DNA of 62,891 bases from an uncultured Thermoplasmatales archaeon (lineage in GTDB: Archaea > Thermoplasmatota > E2 > DHVEG-1), in the NCBI GenBank assembly GCA_964636235.1, contig CAZWQV010000003.1:1-62891 (forward strand), written 5' to 3'. Below are positions 19,424 through 28,784 of this stretch, piece by piece. Within the stretch, counting starts at the first letter, position 1. The number at the start of each line of letters is the position of its first letter. The notes under the pieces were generated by a model. It did no database searches and was not told the origin of the DNA. It saw only the letters and a list, made by a program, of their open reading frames with translations. Position numbers and translations under genes: made by a program.

Positions 19424-19866
19424 TACTCTACCTCTTCAAGAATTATTTCAACATTTGTTGTTTTTCTATTCCAATCTGTAGCTCTACCTTGTGCTCGAGG
19501 CATGAATCCTTTGATGATTCTTCCTCGGTAAGCAGTGGCATGAGCAATCTTCATGTTTTCAACATCAAATCCTTTGTACTCTGCATTATTTTCAGCATTT
19601 TGTAATATTTTTAGAATATAACGTGCAGCCTTCTCAGGATATGTCCCAGGGCCAATCCCTTTTCTGTGAGCTACCTTTCTTTTATGGTAAATTGCAGGAA
19701 GCGCTCGTTTCATATCTGCAATTTCCTGTAAATAAGATTTAGCTGATTCTAGCTTCATCCCTCGTATTGCTCGAGTAATATTTCTAGAATCTTTTGGGGA
19801 ACAGTGTAATTCATAGCCATATGCTTTTGCTGTTTTTTCCGGATCCAAATCTGTTGAATATTTCAT
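19423..19866 (-). CDS. rpl22: 50S ribosomal protein L22 (uL22)
   Basis: GPGTYPEKAA, NAENNAE, PRAQGRA. Confidence 0.97.
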   Translation of the reverse strand: MKYSTDLDPEKTAKAYGYELHCSPKDSRNITRAIRGMKLESAKSYLQEIADMKRALPAIYHKRKVAHRKGIGPGTYPEKAARYILKILQNAENNAEYKGFDVENMKIAHATAYRGRIIKGFMPRAQGRATDWNRKTTNVEIILEEVE

Positions 19867-19872
19867 ATATCA

Positions 19873-20331
19873 TCACTTTAATGGCATAAATTTCGAAGAT
19901 CGGGTTGCACCAACACCCGGACCTGTATGTTTAACTTTCTTTCTGGTTAAAGCAAATTCTCCAAGATAATGACCTACCATATCTGGTTCAATGGTAATTT
20001 GTTGGAATTCGCTTCCATTATGAATGGCAATTTTATGATCAATAAAACTAGGAAGAATAACCATATCTCGCAAATGTGTGCGAATCACATCATCATGGCC
20101 TGCTTTTTCTATATCGCTGACTAATTTATTTTGACGAACTGTAAGGCCTCGTTTTAAACTTCGCCTTTGTCTTGATGGAAGCAATGGAAGAAGCTCTTCA
20201 ACACTCAGTTTTTTTACTTCTTCAAGGGTAAGACCATAGAATCTGAACTCTTTCTTCTTGAATTCGATCTTCTTTCTTCTTTGTTTTCTTTTACTCCTTG
20301 CTGATGTTTTAAAACCTGTTTTTTTAGCCAT
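19873..20331 (-). CDS. rps19: 30S ribosomal protein S19 (uS19)
   Basis: IRTHLRDM, GHYLGEFALT, GATRSSKF. Confidence 0.97.
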   Translation of the reverse strand: MAKKTGFKTSARSKRKQRRKKIEFKKKEFRFYGLTLEEVKKLSVEELLPLLPSRQRRSLKRGLTVRQNKLVSDIEKAGHDDVIRTHLRDMVILPSFIDHKIAIHNGSEFQQITIEPDMVGHYLGEFALTRKKVKHTGPGVGATRSSKFMPLK

Positions 20332-20336
20332 GTTAT

Positions 20337-21047
20337 CTACTTCCTCCCGGTTCTCTTTGCAGCGATACTACCCACTTTTCTTCCAGGTGATGCACCTCGT
20401 TTCACAGTATATGATTTTCCAACATGTTGATGTCCACCGCCACCATGTGGATGATCTACTGATGACATTGCAACACCCCTGACAACAGGATGCAGTCGTC
20501 CTTTCCTTCGTTGTGCAATATATTTTTTACCTGCTTTCATAAATGGCTTATCTTTTCGGCCACCGCCAGCAACAGCACCAACTGTTGCGCGGCATTTTGA
20601 AGAGATCTGTTTAAATTGACCCGATGGAAGCCGGATTACTGTTGTATCTGAGCCATGTGATACTATGGTTGCATTACTTCCGCCGGCTCGAACTAGTTTT
20701 CCACCATCTCCGGGTTGTAATTCAATATTATAAATTGGAAATCCCTCATCAATTATGCCAACAGGTATAACATTGCCTGTTTTCACTGCTTCTTTATCTT
20801 TTGAAAATAGAATTCTATCTCCTGTTTTTGTTCCTTCAGCAGCAATAATTTTAATCACTTTTTTATTGCTAAGTCTCACTTTTGCAAGAGGAGCAGTACG
20901 TCCAGGATCATGAATAATATCCTCAACAATGCCTGTGGTTTGTTCAGTGGTATGATGATATTTAATTTTTCCTTTGAATCGATGTGATGGGACTTTATAT
21001 CGTCCGTTAAATCGCCCTCTTCTTTGTTGGATAAGTCGCTTTCCCAT
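20337..21047 (-). CDS. rpl2: 50S ribosomal protein L2 (uL2)
   Basis: MGKRLIQQRRG, HDPGRTAP, VRGVAM..VDHPHGGG. Confidence 0.98.
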   Translation of the reverse strand: MGKRLIQQRRGRFNGRYKVPSHRFKGKIKYHHTTEQTTGIVEDIIHDPGRTAPLAKVRLSNKKVIKIIAAEGTKTGDRILFSKDKEAVKTGNVIPVGIIDEGFPIYNIELQPGDGGKLVRAGGSNATIVSHGSDTTVIRLPSGQFKQISSKCRATVGAVAGGGRKDKPFMKAGKKYIAQRRKGRLHPVVRGVAMSSVDHPHGGGGHQHVGKSYTVKRGASPGRKVGSIAAKRTGRK

Positions 21048-21058
21048 AAATCATCCCT

Positions 21059-21316
21059 CTAGAATACTCCAATTCGCATGCCTATATCTTCTGCATCAAA
21101 TTCCGGAGCAAATTTTACAATAGCATGTTTTCCTTTTTTTGTGATTCGTGTGTTAACATATTCAACTTCAACGTCAAACATGGATTCAATCGCTTTTTTT
21201 ATCTGCGTTTTATTTGCATTTCTCCTTACTACAAATTCCAATGAATTATTTTTTTCCATAAAATTCATTGTTTTTTCAGTAACGTATGGATGAAATATAA
21301 TCTGATAAGGGTCCAT
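21059..21316 (-). CDS. rpl23: 50S ribosomal protein L23 (uL23)
   Basis: PYVTEK, ANKTQIK, GKHAIVK. Confidence 0.96.
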   Translation of the reverse strand: MDPYQIIFHPYVTEKTMNFMEKNNSLEFVVRRNANKTQIKKAIESMFDVEVEYVNTRITKKGKHAIVKFAPEFDAEDIGMRIGVF

Positions 21317-22083
21317 TAATTGGTACCTCCAATGGTGTTTAGAGCTGATTTAGTAATAATCGTTAACCGTCCTTCATCTCCACCTGGTGCTAAATGTTCA
21401 ATATTAAGATGCTCCGGGGGTACAACATCTATCCCGTTGATATTTCGCGACCCTTTTTTAATTGCATTTTCTGATGCAATAATTAATATTGATTTTGGTG
21501 TTTTATATCTTCTACCCCGTCTTTTTCCTTTCCCTGCTCTAATATGTGTTCCTTCTTTAGATCGGACAACATCGTCGATAACACCAATCTTTTCTAATGA
21601 TTTCAAGACTTCCCTTGTTTTCTCTATTTTTCCAAAGGAATCTTCAACAATAATTGGCAGCGTTAGTTTCTCATTAAACCGATGCCCTCTTTTGGCAACA
21701 ATTTCTTTATTCGCTGTTGCAGCAAGAGCTGATTGTTTTGCGAACAATTTTTCTTTTTTATTTATTTTTTCTTTCCAATTTTTTTCAGATGTTGGTGGAT
21801 GTGCTCTTCTCCCACCAACAACACAAGGCGCAAGAGCAGCTGCTCGGCCTTGGGTAAGTCGAGGAACTCGAGACATACCACGCCCTTTCCCAACCGAAGC
21901 GGTTGCATGTCTTGTTCCAGCATATTTATAGGCACCATATGGTGTTCGTTTGTTTGCGTGTAGTGCATTGAAGGATTTACGAATTAAGTCCGGTCGAATG
22001 GACGAATCAAATACTTTTGGTAGATTGATTTCTTCTTTCTTTGATCCATCAATACCATATATGTTAACTTTTCCCATAGACAT
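21316..22083 (-). CDS. rpl4: 50S ribosomal protein L4 (uL4)
   Basis: IRPDLI, GKGRGMSRVPR, GGRRAHPP, LAPGG. Confidence 0.97.
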   Translation of the reverse strand: MSMGKVNIYGIDGSKKEEINLPKVFDSSIRPDLIRKSFNALHANKRTPYGAYKYAGTRHATASVGKGRGMSRVPRLTQGRAAALAPCVVGGRRAHPPTSEKNWKEKINKKEKLFAKQSALAATANKEIVAKRGHRFNEKLTLPIIVEDSFGKIEKTREVLKSLEKIGVIDDVVRSKEGTHIRAGKGKRRGRRYKTPKSILIIASENAIKKGSRNINGIDVVPPEHLNIEHLAPGGDEGRLTIITKSALNTIGGTN

Positions 22084-23075
22084 CAGACTCCTTGTTTACT
22101 CGTATTTGATATATAACTTATATCTGGTTTTTCGACCTTTACACCACGTTGATATCGAATAGCATCTCTCATACTGATAAGTCGTTTTGTTGGACCTGGA
22201 ATCGATCCGTGAATAAGAACATAAGAATTACGTACTAATCCATAATGTGGAAAACCACCAGAAGGAGTAATCTCATCACCTTTTTCGCCAATTTTCAATA
22301 CACGTTTATTATATTCAGTTCTTTGATGGTATCCCATTTGACCTGCTTGTGGAACAGTTGCTTGGATCCAGTTTGGATGCCAAGAACCGGCGGTACCAAT
22401 CATACGGCGATGCTTTGAATTCTTATGAGTTAATAATTTGACACCCCATCGTTTCACATGACCTTGAAATCCTTTTCCTTTAGTAACTGCAAGAATATCG
22501 AGCATATCTCCTTCTCTAATTACATCTTCTATTTTGATTTCTTTTCCCAAGATCTCTTTTGCATATGCAATGCGGTCTTCTATTGGTCCACCGCTTATCC
22601 TTAGTTCGCGGATCTCTGGGGTTTTCTTTGGTAAACCTGTAACAAGTTTTGGCTGGGTATATACTAGAACACGAATGTCATCTGCATTCTTTGTAAAATC
22701 CCATTTTTTCCCTGCATTCTTTTTTGGAAGAGGAATTCTTTTTGATAATTCTGAATCAAGTTTTGTTGCCCATTTCTCTCCAATTGTTTCAAGACCATGA
22801 ATGGTTTTTTTATAAGCTCTAACCGCAGCTATTTTTATAGGCGGTGTTTCAACAACTGAAACAGGCATCATAACTTCTTTTCCTGACGTGGTTGATGTTG
22901 GACGATAATCAACAACAAATGCATGGGTCATTCCTGCCTTATATCCTAGAAAACCTTGAATTTTTGGTTTTTCTCCACCGAGCGGCCAACTCTTTATATG
23001 GGGTGTTTCCGCTCGCGCTCGTTTTCTAGGTGAAAAGGCCATTGACCCTCTTCTCGGATGATGGTTTTTTGGCAT
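22083..23075 (-). CDS. rpl3: 50S ribosomal protein L3 (uL3)
   Basis: PRRGSMAFSPRKR, GYKAGMTH, TKGKGFQG, GQMGYHQRT. Confidence 0.98.
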   Translation of the reverse strand: MPKNHHPRRGSMAFSPRKRARAETPHIKSWPLGGEKPKIQGFLGYKAGMTHAFVVDYRPTSTTSGKEVMMPVSVVETPPIKIAAVRAYKKTIHGLETIGEKWATKLDSELSKRIPLPKKNAGKKWDFTKNADDIRVLVYTQPKLVTGLPKKTPEIRELRISGGPIEDRIAYAKEILGKEIKIEDVIREGDMLDILAVTKGKGFQGHVKRWGVKLLTHKNSKHRRMIGTAGSWHPNWIQATVPQAGQMGYHQRTEYNKRVLKIGEKGDEITPSGGFPHYGLVRNSYVLIHGSIPGPTKRLISMRDAIRYQRGVKVEKPDISYISNTSKQGV

Positions 23076-23139
23076 AGTATATCATCTCAGCTAATCTTCA
23101 ATTTAGAGATTGCGTTTTTTAATTAGTCGTTTCTTTGTG

Positions 23140-23235
23140 TACACCGTGACATCTCCCGCGTAATCAAAAAATATCATATGATTACTTGTTTTCGGGGTTT
23201 CCAAAATGAAATTGCCCGACAGGATGTCTGGTGTA
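23140..23235 (-). ncRNA. Candidate structured 5' leader (three-way junction) of the rpl3 operon
   Basis: Complementary segments TACACC/GGTGTA, GACATC/GATGTC, GTAATCA/TGATTAC, TCGGG/CCCGA in a GC-enriched patch of AT-rich intergenic DNA. Confidence 0.45.
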
Positions 23236-23372
23236 GACGAGGAGGGATGCATATAAAACAATTATATTTAAATGTTATCCTAATATTGCAATTATTGTAC
23301 TAATTTGATATGTAATATTAAATATTAATATTAATAAAATATTGGCCGATTCTATGTGGATTGATGATTTTA

Positions 23373-23846
23373 TTAAAATAATTTTGGTATCATTCTCCAA
23401 GGTGTTTTTTTCATAAATAATTGATAATCAGCACCATATTGTTCCAATAAATACTGTTCCTCATCGATGATACTTATCATCATAATTGGGATGGCTATAG
23501 TTGCAATGATAAGCGCAGGTATGGAATTAAAAAAGAGAGCAAGACCATATCCTATGATTAATAGGCTTGTGTAATGTGGGTGTCGTATATATTGAAAAAT
23601 TCCGGTTGTGACCAATTGACCATGATATGTTTTATGCCAGAACCATTCCCATTTAAAATAAAGTATTGATCCTAATAAAAAAATGATTAAACCAGTGACA
23701 ATAGAAAAAAGAGGATCATGAAAAAGGTTCATAAAATTAAATAGAACACTTTGTGGCCCTATAGTAATGATTAACAGTAATGGTGCGTAATGAATGATAA
23801 ATAGGATACGCAATGTTTTTGGCGGTTTATACTGAAGAAATGACAT
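23373..23846 (-). CDS. Isoprenylcysteine carboxyl methyltransferase/PEMT family membrane protein
   Basis: LVTTGIFQYIRHPHY, EEQYL..YG..Y. Confidence 0.88.
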   Translation of the reverse strand: MSFLQYKPPKTLRILFIIHYAPLLLIITIGPQSVLFNFMNLFHDPLFSIVTGLIIFLLGSILYFKWEWFWHKTYHGQLVTTGIFQYIRHPHYTSLLIIGYGLALFFNSIPALIIATIAIPIMMISIIDEEQYLLEQYGADYQLFMKKTPWRMIPKLF

Positions 23847-23861
23847 AAAGGTAAAAATTTA

Positions 23862-24662
23862 TTAGAATGGCTTTTTTGTTAATTGGATGCCTTGCTCACT
23901 GATGTTCATATCTTGTGGTTTTAGGGTGTGTTTGGTATTTCTCATTTTAAAGATGGATAATTTTCTTCTATCCATGGTTGGATCTACGTTTAATAAGATA
24001 ACTCCATCTGCAAGAAATTCACTCATACCATCACGAGATAAATTATTTGAACTTAATGGAAGTTCTGATGTGACAATAGCAGTTGATCCGGAAGATTCGA
24101 GAGCATTCATAATAAATAAAATATGTTTTCTATGGGTTGGATTTGATAGGCTACTTGTTTCTTGATCAGTATCAATGAAACTATAGCCAGAATTATTTCT
24201 ATTTTGTGAACTTGAAAAAAACAACGGCATTTCTGATAATGGCGTTATGGAATCAAGCACAATACGTTGATAATCACCTGATAGAATTTCATTACTCATG
24301 GATTCATAGACGAATTTCTTGTTAATGTTTAAATAGCGAAATGTTGCCAGACCTTGTTCTATGTATGGTTGAAAATCAAATCCTAAATTACGGGCTTGAA
24401 GGATAACTCCTTCTTCTCTTTTATCGAGCGTTAAGTAGAGAATTTTTTCTCCATTTTTTACTCCTTCATAAAGGAAGTGAAAACAAAAAATACTTTTTCC
24501 TGCGCCTGGAGGACCTGATATTAATGTAATCGATTTTTCTGGATAACCTCCTTGAATGAGTTCATCAATACCTGGAATTCCTGTTTGTACTCGTTTAATT
24601 GTTGACTTATTTTGAGCTATTTCTTGCTCTTGGATCATCATCCCACCAGGTTCTACTATCAA
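23862..24662 (-). CDS. KaiC-like (RAD55/RecA superfamily) single-domain ATPase
   Basis: TGIPGIDELIQGG, Walker A GPPGAGKS, Walker B IVLDS, KMRNTKH. Confidence 0.9.
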   Translation of the reverse strand: MIVEPGGMMIQEQEIAQNKSTIKRVQTGIPGIDELIQGGYPEKSITLISGPPGAGKSIFCFHFLYEGVKNGEKILYLTLDKREEGVILQARNLGFDFQPYIEQGLATFRYLNINKKFVYESMSNEILSGDYQRIVLDSITPLSEMPLFFSSSQNRNNSGYSFIDTDQETSSLSNPTHRKHILFIMNALESSGSTAIVTSELPLSSNNLSRDGMSEFLADGVILLNVDPTMDRRKLSIFKMRNTKHTLKPQDMNISEQGIQLTKKPF

Positions 24663-24818
24663 TTATTTATTATGTATATGTTTCGGTTTTTTTTATTAAA
24701 AAAGGGCAAGTTCATTTTTATATCATTCATAATATATAAATCTTTAGTAATTAAAAAAGAAACTTTTATATAGTTATAAAAATAAAAATAATATGGATAA
24801 AAAACTTGGGGGCTACAA

Positions 24819-25052
24819 ATGACCGATAAACCAAAGAACATATGGTTCTGGATTCAGAATGGAGAAGTATATAAATCAGTTTCATCGGCTGATGAAGGAA
24901 CAATCTGTGTGTATAATCAAGATGATAAATTAATACTTAAACGAACTGGTTTATCAAGAATCCAAGTCAAACAAATCGAACAAAATATTATTTTATACGG
25001 AGCAAAAAAACTTAATAAAAATGAAGAACCCTTCCGATTTTTAGGAAAATAA
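24819..25052 (+). CDS. Small hypothetical protein between the KaiC genes
   Basis: 77-aa ORF with G-rich SD (GGGGG) upstream; fills the gap between the two KaiC genes. Confidence 0.65.
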   Translation: MTDKPKNIWFWIQNGEVYKSVSSADEGTICVYNQDDKLILKRTGLSRIQVKQIEQNIILYGAKKLNKNEEPFRFLGK

Positions 25053-25053
25053 T

Positions 25054-25857
25054 TTAGAATTGAATTTCAACGGGTTGCTCAGGATTTACTACAATCCCTG
25101 TATTTGTTATATTCATTTGTACAATTTTTTTGATATGTTGTCCATACCGCATTTTTAAAACTTCAATAGCATTAACACGCCCTTGTTGTTTCTGCACATT
25201 ATAAAGAACAATAATCCCATCAGCAAGAAATTCTTCAATACCACTATCACTAAAACGTGTTGGCAATGGATCTGTCTCTGCAATTAACAAGGAAGTTGCA
25301 CCAGTTTCTTCAAAAAAAGAAAATAACTGCTGTAAATAAATACGATAATTTTTCTCTTTAGTTATCGATGCAGCGATAATAGCACTTAATGAATCCACAA
25401 CAATAACATCAGGATGAAAATCTTTTGGTATTACTAATGGTTTGATTTTTGAGGATAATTCAGTTGCAGACCCCGAACCACCCAATGATCCAAATTTCAT
25501 CCTTAGAACATCTAAGGGATTTATTATTTGAATCAGAAATTGACCATTATCTATATATTCTTTAATATCCCATCCAAACGTTTTCATACTTTTCATGATT
25601 TTTTCTTTATTTTCCTCAAAACTGACATACATGCACCTCTTCCCTTCAGAAATGCGATTATAACAAATTTGTCTACAAAAAGTGCTTTTTCCTGTCCCTG
25701 GCCCCCCTGCAATCATAACTGCACTTCCAGCAGGAAGTCCTCCATTTACAAATAATGCATCAAATCCAGGAATATTTGTTTTTAATGTCTTTTGATCATA
25801 TGTTTCGATGCTATCTTTGTCTAATTCATTTACAAATGCGATATCAGATTCTTCCAT
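25054..25857 (-). CDS. KaiC-like single-domain ATPase
   Basis: Walker A GGPGTGKS, SFEE, Walker B IVVDS, EEFLADG, KMRYGQH. Confidence 0.9.
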   Translation of the reverse strand: MEESDIAFVNELDKDSIETYDQKTLKTNIPGFDALFVNGGLPAGSAVMIAGGPGTGKSTFCRQICYNRISEGKRCMYVSFEENKEKIMKSMKTFGWDIKEYIDNGQFLIQIINPLDVLRMKFGSLGGSGSATELSSKIKPLVIPKDFHPDVIVVDSLSAIIAASITKEKNYRIYLQQLFSFFEETGATSLLIAETDPLPTRFSDSGIEEFLADGIIVLYNVQKQQGRVNAIEVLKMRYGQHIKKIVQMNITNTGIVVNPEQPVEIQF

Positions 25858-26015
25858 ATTTCAACCATTATTCCTTTTTCATCTATATACATAATAGTAA
25901 TCAAGCCTGACTCTTACCGCCCAACTGGTTATATATTTATAAAGCAATCAGCCATTATTTTGTTCTCTATATATTTCTTCCTATAAAAAACCTTTTTACC
26001 ATGCGTCAACTACTT

Positions 26016-26858
26016 TTAATCAACAACAATACCGGGACCAATTTGCACGCCGATTCTTACTAAAGTTAAATCCAAATAAACCGATTTTGTCCCTGAAGAA
26101 ATTTCCACATATGTAGGAGATGCAATAGGTTTTTTTTCAATAACCATGTATCCATTGTCAACTGGTTCTTCTAAAAGTTGGTTCAATGTATTGTTCCATG
26201 CAGTGAGATAATCAGTATATATTCGAATATATGTTGTTGCCCCTTGATACGAAACATCTGATGAATAATTGCTTCTAATATAGCATCCTTTAAAACCAGA
26301 TGTCGAATTTTTTCCAGCAACACTAAAAAACTCAGGTAAGGTCCAATGAATTTTTATTTGTGTGCTTTCATTATCATAACTCATAGATGGCTCAATACGA
26401 ACTGTTTCACCATCATATTGCTTGAGGATTAGCCCTCCTCCTTCAATGACATATTCCTGGTCAATAAAATAAGAATTCATTGCATTATATCTAATTGAAG
26501 TTAATGGAATATTTGCTACAAAATCCGTATCAATTCTACTATCACCCCAATCAATGATATCTAACTGTCCGAAAGCTCTTGCAGTGACAAAATAGGGTAA
26601 TTCCCTACTCCCAAGCGTTATTGGGCTAGAAATTGGGACATTTTCTTTTACAGATGATTGAAGATCGATTACGGATTTTAGATGAGAAAATTGATTTTCA
26701 ACTTCATCCATATGTTCAACTTCTTTCTGTTCCATAATCTCTGGAATATATACTAATTGAATCGTCGAAAGAATTATTGAAAAAAGAGCAACAAGAAGGA
26801 GTGCTTCAATAACACCTGCTACAGCATGAGTTGACCAGATGAGTTGTTTTTCTCTCAT
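26016..26858 (-). CDS. Archaeal type IV pilin-like protein (class III signal peptide-like N-terminus)
   Basis: From ATG 26858: MREKQLIWSTHAVAGVIEALLLVALFSIILSTIQLVYIP..MEQKE..HM..V.NQF..L, the pattern of large archaeal pilin-like proteins. Confidence 0.7.
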   Translation of the reverse strand: MREKQLIWSTHAVAGVIEALLLVALFSIILSTIQLVYIPEIMEQKEVEHMDEVENQFSHLKSVIDLQSSVKENVPISSPITLGSRELPYFVTARAFGQLDIIDWGDSRIDTDFVANIPLTSIRYNAMNSYFIDQEYVIEGGGLILKQYDGETVRIEPSMSYDNESTQIKIHWTLPEFFSVAGKNSTSGFKGCYIRSNYSSDVSYQGATTYIRIYTDYLTAWNNTLNQLLEEPVDNGYMVIEKKPIASPTYVEISSGTKSVYLDLTLVRIGVQIGPGIVVD

Positions 26859-27006
26859 ATCTTCACCACAAACAAATGATATCATCGGAGACTTATATGT
26901 ATTTCTAAAAATCAATTTTATCGCTCTTGAAATAAAAAGCATTTAAATACAATGTTGATATGGATAAAAAACTTAAAAATTAAATGAACTCTTTGGTGAT
27001 AATGAA

Positions 27007-28272
27007 ATGGGGTTAACATTTGTAGAAAAAATATTAGCACAATATGCTGGTGAAAAATCAACCATTCCCGGTCAAATAGTAACTGTCAAACCAGATCATC
27101 TATTAACCCATGATAATACGGCTGCGATCATTCAAAAAATAGATAATGAATTAAAAAATTATGGTATTTATTCATCTGAATTACCTATTATCGTTCTGGA
27201 TCATGTTATACCTGCTGCATCCGAAAAAACCGCAATCAACCATAAAAAAATTAGAGATTTTGTGAACACTTTCAAGATTAAACATTTCTATGATGTAGGA
27301 GTCGGAGTTTGTCATCAAGTCGTAATTGAAAAAGGCCTTGCTCTACCCGGAAAGTTACTCTTAGGAAGCGATTCTCATACCTGCTCTTATGGAGCTGTTG
27401 GCGCTTTTTCATCGGGAATAGATCGGACAGAAGCCGCGGCACTTTTGTTAACTGGAGAAACTTGGTTGAAGGTACCGCAGAGTATAAAAATCAATATCGA
27501 ACAAACAACACCTAAGGGGGTTTATGCAAAAGATGTCATACTGCATATAATTGGTGATATTACTGCTTCAGGGGCCACCTATTGCTCTGTTGAATATCAT
27601 GGGGCTGTTGATCAATTTTCAATTGATGATCGGTTTACGATTACCAATATGGGTGTTGAAATGGGTGCCAAAAACTCCGTTTTTTTTGTTGACGATATTA
27701 CAAAAACATATCTAAAATCTATTAATATCACTTCATCCTCATATCATCCCATTCAAGCAGATGCAGATGCATCATATGATCAGGAACTAAATTATGATGT
27801 ATCAAATGTTGTTCCTTTAGTAGCATGTCCTCACACGGTTGATAATGTAAAACCAGCAGAGATATTAAGCGATATTGATATCCAACAATGTCTCATTGGT
27901 ACTTGCACAAATGGACGATTATCTGATCTTGAACTTGCTGCTACCATTCTCAAAGGTAAACACGTACATTCATCTGTTCGATTATTAATAATTCCTGCAT
28001 CAACTCAAATATTTAAGGATGCGTTAAAAAAAGGAATTATTAGTACCCTTGTCGATGCAGGGGGAATCATACTACCTCCAGGTTGTGGTCCCTGTTTGGG
28101 AGCTCATCAAGGCGTATTATCACCAGGAGAAAGATGTTTAAGTACGGCAAATAGAAATTTTAAGGGAAGAATGGGCTCAAAAGATGCAGAAATATATTTA
28201 GCAAGTCCTGCAACAGTTGCAGCATCTGCACTTTCTGGAAAAATTACAGATCCTCGGAAGGTGATGAATTAA
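27007..28272 (+). CDS. 3-isopropylmalate dehydratase/homoaconitase large subunit (LeuC/HacA family)
   Basis: DSHTC, IGTCTNGR, GCGPCLG, NRNFKGRMG; substrate not assignable. Confidence 0.93.
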   Translation: MGLTFVEKILAQYAGEKSTIPGQIVTVKPDHLLTHDNTAAIIQKIDNELKNYGIYSSELPIIVLDHVIPAASEKTAINHKKIRDFVNTFKIKHFYDVGVGVCHQVVIEKGLALPGKLLLGSDSHTCSYGAVGAFSSGIDRTEAAALLLTGETWLKVPQSIKINIEQTTPKGVYAKDVILHIIGDITASGATYCSVEYHGAVDQFSIDDRFTITNMGVEMGAKNSVFFVDDITKTYLKSINITSSSYHPIQADADASYDQELNYDVSNVVPLVACPHTVDNVKPAEILSDIDIQQCLIGTCTNGRLSDLELAATILKGKHVHSSVRLLIIPASTQIFKDALKKGIISTLVDAGGIILPPGCGPCLGAHQGVLSPGERCLSTANRNFKGRMGSKDAEIYLASPATVAASALSGKITDPRKVMN

Positions 28273-28757
28273 TGACGATATGGAAATATGGTGATGATAT
28301 TAATACAGATATGTTATTTCCAGGTAAATATACCTATAGCTGTAGCACCGCTGAAGAGATAGAACCTCATTTACTTGAGGATTTAGATCCATCATTTGCA
28401 AAAAAGGTACAAAAAGGTGATATTATTATCGCTGGTAAAAACTTTGGTTGTGGCAGTTCGCGTGAACAACCCGTGGTTGGTTTGAAAGCAGTTGGTATAC
28501 AAGCAGTCATTGCAAAAAGCTTTGCTCGTATCTTTTATCGATCTGCTATTAATCAAGGGTTATTGTTAATCGAATCTTCAAATGCAGTAAATGCCTATAA
28601 AAAAGGTGATTCAGTAAAAGTTCAACCCGAAAAAGGTTTGATTATTATTAACGATAAAACATTTACATTTCCAACACTGCCAGAAGAAATTATTAAAATA
28701 CAAGCTGCTGGGGGACTGTTGCCGTATACTCGAAAAAAATTAGAAAATAGATTATAA
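28272..28757 (+). CDS. 3-isopropylmalate dehydratase/homoaconitase small subunit (LeuD/HacB family)
   Basis: DINTDMLFP, GKNFGCGSSREQ, FARIFYRSAINQG. Confidence 0.93.
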   Translation: MTIWKYGDDINTDMLFPGKYTYSCSTAEEIEPHLLEDLDPSFAKKVQKGDIIIAGKNFGCGSSREQPVVGLKAVGIQAVIAKSFARIFYRSAINQGLLLIESSNAVNAYKKGDSVKVQPEKGLIIINDKTFTFPTLPEEIIKIQAAGGLLPYTRKKLENRL

Positions 28758-28784
28758 TTCAAACTATTTTTCTTATTTTTCTTT

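Noticed and set aside
8061-22800. Many plus-strand ORFs opposite traB and the r-protein genes (e.g. 8668..9030, 16304..16699, 21320..21931)
   Set aside because: They lie fully antisense to highly conserved genes and have the F/S/L-rich composition expected from reverse-complemented Lys/Glu codons
23862-25857. Circadian clock interpretation of the two KaiC genes
   Set aside because: Both are single-domain and CI-like (EEF/SEF-LADG rather than the ST phosphosite), and no KaiA/KaiB is present
24671-25893. Single TATGTA/TACATA hexamers upstream of the two KaiC genes (24671, 25888)
   Set aside because: Isolated hexamers are expected by chance in AT-rich DNA (also at 8554), so they are too weak to claim EarA control of the KaiC genes
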